Source: Octopus sinensis
Lineage: Eukaryota
DNA: 64,000 bases
Direction: 5' to 3'
NCBI RefSeq assembly: GCF_006345805.1
Contig: NC_042999.1
Location: 106,144,001-106,208,000, forward strand
Position numbers and translations under genes: made by a program. Under the pieces are notes generated by a model. It saw nothing but the letters and a program-made list of their open reading frames with translations, did no database searches and had not been told where the DNA came from. Below are positions 37,545 through 48,149 of the stretch, piece by piece (the stretch's first letter is position 1; each line of letters opens with the position of its first letter).

Positions 37545-39560
37545 TGTTTGGAACCGATAGGTAGAGACTCGACGTGAAAACAAACCCACGATCAAGTTTT
37601 TGATGGAACTGGACGGGCACGTGCTAGTCGGTCCTGAGCAGATATGTGCGGCTTTCCAGCAGCACGTTGCTCGGCTATTGGTGGTGGTAGAGGGGAGTGA
37701 TGGGTCGGTGACGGTTGTAGACTTTAGTTTGTACCTAGACGGCTTAAAACGTCCCTCGGTAACGAACGCAAGATTCGGCGAAAAGCCAATTACAACCACT
37801 GAAATACGAGAGGTGATGAACAAATCGCCCGGTTTCGAGGGTGTACCCTACGAAGTCTATGTACTCAGGCCAGATTTGTTTGGCAACCTCTTGGCAGACG
37901 TCTACGATATCAGGCAGCAGAACGGAAGAATTATTAGTACTGTTAGCCAGGGTGTAGTAACGATGCTGAGAAAGACACCTGCAATGGGGATGTGCTAGGG
38001 ATTATTCGGCCCATAACTCTGCTAAACACGCTGTTTAACATTCTGGTGCAGGTGTTAGCGAAACGGTTGTATGTGTTGGCTCTCAAGTCACTTCTGAGGA
38101 TGTTAAAACAATTAAAGGGCTTCCCTTTCGAAATTGGAGTGGGGGGAAGCAGTGTCGGCGTACACGGACGCCTCCGAAGTGGAGACAATGTGCTCCATTT
38201 TAAGAGGATATGAGCCAGTTGCAGGAGCCAAAATCAACGCCGATAAGTCGGTGAAATTGCGGCTGGGCATCTGGAGAGGCAGATAGATGCTGTCGGACGC
38301 TGGACTGACGGACCAGTTAAACTGCTCGGAGTCTAGTTTAGTTCCGAACTCCAGGTGGATAAGAATTGGGAAGAGATGATGAACAGGGTGTCTTGTCCTA
38401 CCTAAAGATAGGCTGAGAGGAAGTTGTCTCTGAAATGTCGGGCAGAGGTAGCTAAAGTCTGCATCACCTCTGTCATTAATTATCGTGCTTGATTAGATTG
38501 GAGCGTATCCTGTTTATTTCTATGTGGTGACATGTCATGGCATGCCAAGGCTTTTGATGCGCAGGCACACACTCAGGTTGCGCTATCTGCAACTATTTCA
38601 AGAAGGTGAACGTGTGTGGGCTCTGGTTTTGAGACACGCATTTTCGCAGCTTGTCTCCTTGATAGAGCTGCAGTCCTGGGTAAAGGATATGTCAAGATTG
38701 GGCAATTAGCCCTTAGAGTGTGATCAGGCGCTCACTGTCCTCTACAAAGCAGACAATAGGATCAGTGAATGTTCCACTTTAATTTTATATAGCGGATCAG
38801 AAGCAGGAAAATGTGACGACATCCTCGAGGAGACACTAGGTGTCGACGAAGACAAACTGCCAAGTCTATTCCGGAGAACTTTCCTCCCGGGGACTATGAT
38901 GGATAATATTCCAGATGTTTGTGGCCTGACAGTGTTAGCTGCGGGCGCTAACGGTTCAATATTAACTCTACAGTCACGGATGTATTGCCAGATAGGCTTG
39001 TCCGATGTGATTGTAGAGCGACGAAACCGTTCTGCATACATTCGTTCAGTGTCCGGGTATTGCTGGCGTGTGGAAATATAACAAACAGTTACTGTCACGT
39101 GTGGGACAGAATCGCTTGTAAGCCGAGTCTATAATTATGATTGCCCCGCCGCCCTCCTCTAATCGTGCAGGTCAGGCAGTTTTTCTTTGTCTGGTGGCTG
39201 TGGCGGAAGAGGGTGTCTGGTGAACGAGGCTGAAAGGAATGAGGACAGAAACATTTCTCTTTGGTAAAGCCCTCATCGTCCTTTTCAAATTTCCCTTGAA
39301 AAGATAGCTGAGGGTGGAGAGGGAAGTGCTGTACTCGAGTGAATTTATCAAAAAGTGAGTGATAGTCGTGAAAATGGCAAGACTGGATGGTACCATTCCA
39401 AGTGTAGGCCTGTGATTCGGAAGAAATGGATTTCGAGAGGGCACTCCTCCTCGGTATTCAGGGGGGATCTTGGATGATCAGGAGGACCCCCATCACTATC
39501 ACCTTTTGTTTTACTTCTACTAGTGCTGTATACTGTGTATACTTCCCTTCTTTTAATGTA
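37545..39560 (+). mobile_element. Decayed, internally deleted Tx1/L1-clade LINE (ORF2 remnant)
   Basis: KSPGFEGVPYEVY, QGVVTMLRK, RPITLLNT..ILVQVLAKRL, YEPVAGAKINADKS, KLLGV, RKLSLKCR; the central RT motifs appear deleted; local GC is elevated. Confidence 0.8.
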
Positions 39561-39589
39561 TACCGCGTATACGTTTTAGTTGTGGATTA

Positions 39590-39990
39590 AAAGATATAAT
39601 TGTTCCAACTGACAAAAGTATTTCTGTAAAGGAATTTGACAAATTAAGTAAATATAAGGACCTGGAAATTGAAATAAAAAAGGTTTGTCATCTTAAATCG
39701 TGAACTGTTCCTGTTATTGAGGGTGAGAAACAGCTACAGAATATCTCAGGAAAACCATGTCTCAGAGAAATCCAAAAGCTTTTGGTAAGAAATAGTGCCC
39801 ATATCCTTAGAAAACCGTATCAATTTAAATGTTTGTGTTGTATTACATGAAGATATTTCCCTACTTCCCCTGCCACTCCCCCGAAGCTTTTAGTCATAAT
39901 GTAACATCTCTAATACTTCACTCGCCCTAGCACGCTGAGTGTCATTCGGCGAATGATTGTAACAAATATGCAGATTAAAACCTACAAAAC
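39590..39990 (+). mobile_element. 3' fragment of R4/Dong-clade non-LTR retrotransposon (REL endonuclease end plus 3' UTR)
   Basis: PTDKSISVKEFDKLSKYKDLEIEIKKVCHLK...LREIQK...SAHILRK matches the C-terminus of ORF 50268-51851. The 3' UTR motif TCGCCCTAG...CATTCGGCGAA resembles 51948-51980. Confidence 0.8.
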
Positions 39991-40029
39991 ATAGCCCTTA
40001 TGGGTAAAAGCCATATATTATTGAAAGCA

Positions 40030-40135
40030 CTCTCCATCTAAAGTGGAATATATGTGGTGATAATATTAGCATGCATAGCAAAACAAAAGCGCCCTTGCTA
40101 CACCTGGCCTCCGGAGAATGCAAGGTACTAAGGCA
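40030..40135 (-). pseudogene. Possible B-box remnant of the same TRIM-like pseudogene
   Basis: VPCILRRPGVARALLFCYAC*YY resembles the B-box type-1 pattern C-x2-C-x5/7-A-x2-FC-x2-C; it is upstream of and on the same strand as 36520-37470. Confidence 0.3.
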
Positions 40136-40169
40136 ACTAAAAGAAAGTTATAATGAAAGGAAAACATAA

Positions 40170-40201
40170 ATGATAACAACAGCAAAAACAACAACAATAA
40201 C

Positions 40202-40236
<35 letters not shown>

Positions 40237-40346
40237 TAATAACAATAATAATGATAATAACAATAACAATAACAATAATAATAATAACAATAATAATAAT
40301 AACAACAACAACAACAATAATAATAATAATAATAATGATAATAATA

Positions 40347-40391
<45 letters not shown>

Positions 40392-40540
40392 TTGGTGATG
40401 ATGGTGATGGTGATGGTGATTGTGATGGTGATAGTGATGGTGGTGATGATGATGATGATGATGGTGCTGGTGCTGGTGCTGGTGCTGGTGGTGCTGGTGA
40501 TGATGATGATGTTGATGATAACAACAATAACAATAATAAT

Positions 40541-40575
<35 letters not shown>

Positions 40576-40607
40576 TGATAATAATAATAATGATAATAAT
40601 AATAATA

Positions 40608-40663
<56 letters not shown>
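40170..40663. repeat. Compound (AAC/AAT/GAT/GGT)n microsatellite, about 490 bp
   Basis: Direct reading. Confidence 0.95.
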
Positions 40664-40665
<2 letters not shown>

Positions 40666-40959
40666 TCGGGCATGTTTAACAAGTGACAGCGATAAAACGC
40701 GGCTCTGAAATTTATCAAAAAACATCGGAAATAAAGACATTATATGGATCCAAAAATAACTGACAAAGTGTTGGACTATATCCGAGTAAGTAATACTCAT
40801 TGAAATTTATTTCTATTTCCAAATGAAATTATATATTTTAGCTATATATCATCTTCATTGCTCGCACAGCACGCGTAAACACGCACGCTACATTACAATT
40901 CATTTAACTCCAGTCTCTATCCGTCCCGAAACAGCATGCACAAGAAAATTTTAAATAAA

Positions 40960-41195
40960 TTAAAGAATACCTGTATTATTCAACCCAAGAATAACAATCG
41001 GAAAGTACGTATAAAATGTACGAAAAACTACACGTTCAAAACCATTTAACACAAAAAATGAACGGACTGGTACCCTACGAAAATGATGACCGTTAAAACA
41101 AAGGGGCAGAGGTTATGAAATAAGCATAAATTGATACATGAGGAATATATTTCAATCCTATACGCATATTTTGCACGCTTATTTTACAGAATGAA

Positions 41196-41284
<89 letters not shown>

Positions 41285-43716
41285 CTGGAAGGAAAATAAC
41301 CTAGATAAAAACTAGGATTTAACAATGAACCCTAATAACATACGGAGATATAATCTCCAAACAAAAAATATCAGAAATAGAACACATAAAAAGAAAAATA
41401 CATCAGAAAAATGCAGATAGTAACCACACAGCAATGCTAAATAATGCCATAAGAATTGGGACTGTAAACATGAAGACAGACGTAACATTTCCAAGAAAAG
41501 CGAAGTAAACAACGAAAGACAACACACCAAGACCGTAGGGATGTATAATGATGAGCGAAATGCACCAAACCAGAACATCACAGACAAAAGTATGAACGGG
41601 AGGGAATACGAAACAAATCTAAATCTTGGAAACAGTGACAGTAAACCTAATGATAGGGATACTCTAAAAATGAGCATAATCAAAGAGTTGAAAGCCTCAG
41701 ATCTCAATATGGACCACAGATTGTACCTCCCAAAATTAAAATTGATATTAAAACAAAATCAATAATAAATAGCATGAACTTAGCCGTCACAAAAATAACA
41801 GCCACAGAAACAAATGTCAATATCACCAGGTTAAATGATATAATATATACAACGTCTGCTGTGCCCAAGAAAGAAGCTTGATACTCCCTCAAAACCATCC
41901 AAACAGGAGTACACCCCACAAAAAACCTGTGGATAAATAATATTCTAAAAAAATAGAAAACTAGAAAAGATCTGCCACTCCTTAACGACACTAGTAAACA
42001 ATCAACACCACTAAGCAACAAGAAGACAACAAAAACACTACGTAAATAGAAAATCACAGACAAAAGTTATCCTTGAGGTAAAGGAACAGCTAAAGCGAGA
42101 TATCCTCGCCAAAGCACAAAGAATCCGCAGGTATAGAAACGCCAAGGTTTCTTTGTACAAAACAAACAGTTCAACTCCAACTCCCAAAAGATTATACTAA
42201 GACATCAATACAGACATCAATGAAACACCAACTGCAGAAGTGGAAGAATTTTGGAAAGAAATATGCTCGGCAAAGGAACAATCTCACAGAAAGTTTATCA
42301 AAACAACGAACCTAGCACCTGAACAACTCTGGACCCCTATAACAACTGCAAAGGTCACCTAAGCACTGCAAAAACTAACCAACTTGAAGGCACCCAGGCA
42401 CGATAAGATCCCAAACTTCTGGTTAACATATCTGACAGGAAGACATTAGAAGCTGGCTGCGAAATTTAATGGCATACTAGCAGTGCCAGAGATAATGCCT
42501 GAATGGCTCACGGAAAGGAAAACAATTCTAATTCCCAAATTCACTGAAACAGCAAACCCACAAATGTACAGACAAATAACGTCTTCCTACAATTTACAAT
42601 GCCTTTACTGCAATAATATCGCAGAGAATGAGCACGTAATTGGAACAAAATCTCTTTCCAGAAGAGCGGAAGGGATGCTGCAAGGGGTTATACGGCTGTA
42701 ATGATCAGTTAATGATTAATAAAGCCATAACTGAAGACAGCCATAGAAAGAAGAAGGGTTTAAGTATGATCGGGATCGATTACCGAAATGCTTTTAATAA
42801 TATTCCCTACACATGGATACTAGAAACACTGGTCGTGAGCAAGGTAGCACCAATAATCATAATATATATAACATACTCCATGAATAAATGGCAGACAGTG
42901 CTACAGCTCCAGAAAAAAGAGAGACTCATAAAAAAACAAAGCCATCCCCATTAGAAGAGGGATATTCCAGGGATACACTCTATTTCCACCCCTTTTCTGC
43001 TTGACACTGACACCTTTATGTGACCTGCTAAACAGAACTGGATGAAGATACTATTGGTTCAGGAAAACAAATCAGTAGCCTCTTATAATAGTGATGGTCA
43101 AAAACTGTGTGCTATAAGTGATGAACACCTGGAAGCAGTACTACAGGCAGTGCGTGGATTTACCAAAGGAATAAACATAAAATTTGGCGGAGAAAAATGT
43201 GCCAAAGCAACCTTAAAAAAGGAAAACTAGTTCAGAGTAGCAACATCATACTAAATAAAGCAAATGGAGTAAGAGAATTAAACCAAAACCAGACATACAA
43301 ATACTTAGGAATCAATTAACTAGATATGATACAACACACACAAGTAAGAGAAAATATAAAAATGAATACTATAGACGAGTTAGATTAATACTGAAAACAG
43401 AGCTCAATGCGAAAAACAAGATAAGTATCAACACTCTAGCCATCTCCCTTATAAGTTACAGCTACAGCATTCTTAACTGGACCAATCAAAATAGACAGGA
43501 AAGCAAGAAAAATAATAACTGGATTTAGGATGCGTCCCATAAAAACATTTAATGAAAAGAAACATAACAAGTAACTACAGAATATGTGGAGGAGGAAAAG
43601 AAACAATAAACCGTATTGCTTCTGACTTCGCAGTCTTGGTTAAGAAGGAATATATTCACAGACACGACAGAATTCGGATCTATATACACTCCAAGCTATA
43701 CCAACTCTATGGAATA
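40960..43716 (+). mobile_element. Decayed R4/Dong-clade retrotransposon (older copy), 3'-truncated
   Basis: N-terminal KHKLIHEEYISILYAYF...IWKENN; AKAQRIRRY; KAPRHDKIPNFWL; PEWLTERKTILIPK; KGCCKGLYGCNDQLMIN; IDYRNAFNN; YKYLGI; zinc-knuckle remnant RICGGGKETINRI; YIHRHD. Many stops and a deletion near 43535. The 5' boundary is approximate. Confidence 0.85.
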
Positions 43717-43720
43717 ATTG

Positions 43721-44527
43721 TGTTGTTGCAATAAAGGATATGTTTACATATTCGGGAGAAAAGAGCGATAAATTTTCACACAAAAGTGTAGATATTAAAG
43801 TTTTAAAATTTTGTAGAGATGTTCTTTTGTATGGCCGATCAGAGAATATTGTAGTGTGTTTGCAATAAAAAGGATGTTTACATTTTCGAATACTCAGGGA
43901 GAAAGGAAAGGATGCGTATTCACATAAGTTATAGATATTAAAGTTTTTAAAGCTGATCGTTTGTGTGTTCGAAAACTGTAGGCATATAAGTTTCGTAACT
44001 TATTTTGAGAGACATTTCAAATACTCAGAGAAAGTTGTAGATATTCCAGTCTTTGGGAGTTATTATTCAGATTGTATTAGTGTCTATGTGTCTTCGGCTG
44101 CTCACTTGTCAGAGTAGCGAAAAACACGTCTAGTCGCTGCCAAAGCTGGGGCTCTGAAAAAAATTTAGAAATTGAAAAATTCAACGAAGTGAACATCTGT
44201 ATATCTATTAACATTACTTTTTCTATCAGTAATTAAATATAGAAGGTGAGTTGTTTCTTTTCAAGGCTAAGGTCAGCGCTCTAATTGGTCGCTACTAGTA
44301 ACAAACACATTAAGCCTATGCTTACCCCAAGGGTGGGAGGCCTCTTTTGTCTCCTTATTGCACAAGAATGCCCATTGCTGATCTCCTCAGCAAATACCGA
44401 ATGTATTTACAGACCTGTAGAATTTGGTCTATTCACCAAGCTGCTTCTCTTCCTCTTACTTTTCTCTTCAACACTCATATATTTATGATTATCTCAAATA
44501 CAATTCAAAATTCGAAATTTAACAACA
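43721..44527. mobile_element. Candidate solo LTR with internal ~135-bp degenerate tandem repeats
   Basis: Termini TGTTGTT...AACAACA form a perfect 7-bp inverted repeat with TG...CA ends. The segment abruptly truncates the LINE ORF and repeats the unit TTGCAATAAA...GTTTACAT...GGGAGAAA...TAGATATTAAAGTTTT. No TSD seen. Confidence 0.45.
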
Positions 44528-44632
44528 TTTAACCTTTCAATAATAAATGGATATAATAAAAATAAAAATAATAACAACAATAACAGCAACAACAACAACA
44601 ACAGCAGCAGCAACAACAACAACAACAACAAC

Positions 44633-44670
<38 letters not shown>

Positions 44671-44671
<1 letters not shown>

Positions 44672-45250
44672 TGAAAACGTATGGTACATTACCAGCAGAT
44701 GTACGTCACTAGCCCAGAAGAAATATAAGAAACGCCACGACAATATGACCAGGCTTGTCCATTGGGCACTTTGCAACAAGTGTGGATTGACAAAGTAAAA
44801 TATTGGGGCGACCACAAGCTCGAAGGCATCGTCGAAAATACAAATGCGGAGATCCTGTGAGATTTTATGGTTCAGTGCCATCATGATATAGAGAAAATGA
44901 AGCCAAACACAGTCTTAATTGAGAAAGAAAACAAACTATGCTGGATCATAGATACAGCATGCCCAGCCGACAACACGTTAGGCGATAAGGAAGAAAGAAA
45001 ATTCGAGAGATATGACAGGTTAGATTGGGAAGTTAAGCAGTTGTGGTCTATGGAAACGTAGCATGTGTACCAATAATTGCCGGAGCCCTGGGAACAGTGA
45101 GCAAAAATCTCAAGAAGTACGTGGAACAAATAGGGGCTGCAATAGGAGTGGATGTCTTGCAGAAAACAGCACTGGTTGGAAGCGTCCGAATACTCCGGAA
45201 GGTGCTCGAAAAATAAGAGTTGTTACGTCAGAAGCTGTGCAAAGGCAATG
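44671..45250 (+). mobile_element. 5'-truncated R4/Dong-clade 3' fragment, copy 1
   Basis: ENVWYITSRCTSLAQKKYKKRHDN...HWALC, KPNTVLIEKENKLCWIIDTACP...KFERY, LRKVLEK*; flanked by (AAT)n and (GAT)n(AAT)n. Confidence 0.85.
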
Positions 45251-45280
45251 ATGATGATGATGATGATGATGACGATGACT

Positions 45281-45315
<35 letters not shown>

Positions 45316-45360
45316 AATAATAATAATAATAATAAATAATAATAATAATAATAATAATAA

Positions 45361-45940
45361 TTGAAAACGTATGGTACATTACCAGCAGATGTACGTCACT
45401 AGCCCAGAAGAAATATAAGAAACGCCACGACAATATGACCAGGCTTGTCCATTGGGCACTTTGCAACAAGTGTGGATTGACAAAGTAAAATATTGGGGCG
45501 ACCACAAGCTCGAAGGCATCGTCGAAAATACAAATGCGGAGATCCTGTGAGATTTTATGGTTCAGTGCCATCATGAGATAGAGAAAATGAAGCCAAACAC
45601 AGTCTTAATTGAGAAAGAAAACAAACTATGCTGGATCATAGATACAGCATGCCCAGCCGACAACACGTTAGGCGATAAGGAAGAAAGAAAATTCGAGAGA
45701 TATGACAGGTTAGATTGGGAAGTTAAGCAGTTGTGGTCTATGGAAACGTAGCATGTGTACCAATAATTGCCGGAGCCCTGGGAACAGTGAGCAAAAATCT
45801 CAAGAAGTACGTGGAACAAATAGGGGCTGCAATAGGAGTGGATGTCTTGCAGAAAACAGCACTGGTTGGAAGCGTCCGAATACTCCGGAAGGTGCTCGAA
45901 AAATAAGAGTTGTTACGTCAGAAGCTGTGCAAAGGCAATG
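45361..45940 (+). mobile_element. 5'-truncated R4/Dong-clade 3' fragment, copy 2 (690-bp tandem duplicate)
   Basis: Appears identical to copy 1 except T/G at 44887 vs 45577. Confidence 0.85.
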
Positions 45941-45970
45941 ATGATGATGATGATGATGATGACGATGACT

Positions 45971-46005
<35 letters not shown>

Positions 46006-46049
46006 AATAATAATAATAATAATAATAATAATATTAATAATAATAATAT

Positions 46050-47420
46050 TCCATTGGACAATTTGCAACAAGTATGGATTTGACAGACCAAAGAAATTGG
46101 TCAGACCACAAAACTGAAGGCATCGTCGAAAATAGAAATGCAAAGGTCCTATGGGATTTTATGATTCAGTGCGACCATGCGATAGAGAACAGGAAGTCAG
46201 GCATAGTCTTAATTAGAAAGAAAACAAACTATGCTGGATTATAGATATAGCATTCACAGCTGAAACTGATCCTTAAGTCGAAATTAAACGGACGTAATAA
46301 GATTGAAAGTATCAATACTTGGGTGGTTTCACATCTTATACATGGAGCAGGGATAATCGAATGGATAATAACGCACTAAGCAGCTAGATATGGCATAGAC
46401 CACAAAAATATGATAGACTATATGTACCAAGAAAAGGAGAGGGAAAAGGACTGATTGGATGCGAACATAGCATTAGAGCAGAAGAAAACAACTTAGCATG
46501 GTATGTTGAAAATGCCACAGAACCGCTAGTATTGGAAGTAAGAATGTTAGGCTTCTGTAGAATTGAAGATTGCAAAGACAAAGCACTGTACAAGCACTCG
46601 AGAATGAATGAAACTGAAAATGGGTAGATAAAGAAAAGAATGCCTCAACAATTACATAGGGTTGTTGATAAGACAGGCAAAGAAAAATATGGCTATGGAT
46701 GACTAAAAGTGATTTAAAACCGGAAACGGAGGCTATAATCTGTGCTGGCCAAGAGTAAGCATTAAGAACCAATTAAGGGGAGAATTTGTGCACAAAATGG
46801 TGATACAGTATGGCATGTAACCAGTCAATGTATGCCACTAACCCAGAAAGAATATAAGCCACGTCATGACACTATATTAATGATTATCCCTTGAACACTT
46901 TGCAACAAGTATGGATTTGATAGAACAAAATATCGGTACGAACATAAACCTGAAGGCATCATCGACAATGATAATGCAAACATCATATGGGAGTTTATAA
47001 TTCAATGCGACCATGAGACAGAGAATAGGAAACCAGACATAGCGTTAATCGAGAAAGAAATCAAACGATGCTGGATCATAACTATAGCATGCCCAGCGGA
47101 CAAGAAGGTAAGCGGTTAGGAAGAAAGAAAACTCGGTATATATATAACAGGTTAGTTTGGGAGGTTAATCAGATAAGATCGCTGAAAAAGTGGGTAGTAG
47201 CACAAATAATTGTCGGAGATCTGGTAACAGTGAGTAAAATTCTTCAAAGGTACATGGAACAAGTGGGGGCTGCATTAAGAGTTGATCATTTGCTGAAAAT
47301 AGTACTGCTTCGAACCGCTCGAATACTCCGGAATGTGCTCGAAAAATAAGGGGTGTTACCTTAGTTCACTGGTAGTTCACTGGCAGCGTAGTACATCTCC
47401 AGCGCTAGACGCTATGCAAA
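46050..47420 (+). mobile_element. R4/Dong-clade 3' portion (two rearranged pieces) with 3' UTR and (AAT)n tail
   Basis: 46050-46260 is an REL fragment (FHWTICNKYG...KVLWDFMIQCDH). 46262-47349 gives LKSKLNGRNK, RLYVPRKGEGKGL, LKPETEAIICAGQE, RHD, KPDI, RILRNVLEK*. (AAT)n begins at 47422. Confidence 0.85.
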
Positions 47421-47444
47421 GATAATAATAATAATATAATAATA

Positions 47445-47498
<54 letters not shown>

Positions 47499-48149
47499 GT
47501 TTGATCTCTCTTGACCTCTCCTGATCATTAATGTCTTTTGTTTCTTGGGCTGTCTCTCCACCATCCACTGAATCTATTTATAGACCCATAGAGCATGACC
47601 TCTTCACCAATTACTGCCCCAAACAATGGTAGTAGTGGTGGTGAAGGTGATAATGATAAAAACAAAATTAACAATAATAAGATACTGCTGTGACTACACA
47701 TAAAACAATAGCACTGATGATGATGGTGCTGATGGTGATGGTGATGATGGTGATGATGATAATAATGATAGTAATAGCGCTGATAATCTATCTATCTACA
47801 CACACGTACACACACACAGAGTTTAGCCAACACAAATCTCACCTCGGCTCTTTAGATGTTAACCAAATACGAAAGTATTATTTGACAGGCAAGAATTCAG
47901 GCGTTGAAGACAGCGAGCCAGCCAACTACGCGGCCAGCCAACGAGACAGACAAACACTACTGTGATGGTGATAATGATAAAAACAAAAATAACAATAATA
48001 AGATACTGCTGTGACTACATATAAAACAATATCATTGATGATAATGGTGATGATGATGATGGTGGTGATGATGATGATGATAATAACGATAGTAATAGTG
48101 GTGATAATAATAATAGGGATAATAATGGTGATGATAATAACAATAATAA

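Noticed and set aside
43721-46045. CRISPR-like or repeat-spacer array near a reverse transcriptase
   Set aside because: The repeats are long LINE or LTR-internal duplications without unique regular spacers; the RT is a eukaryotic non-LTR type and no cas-like ORF is present.
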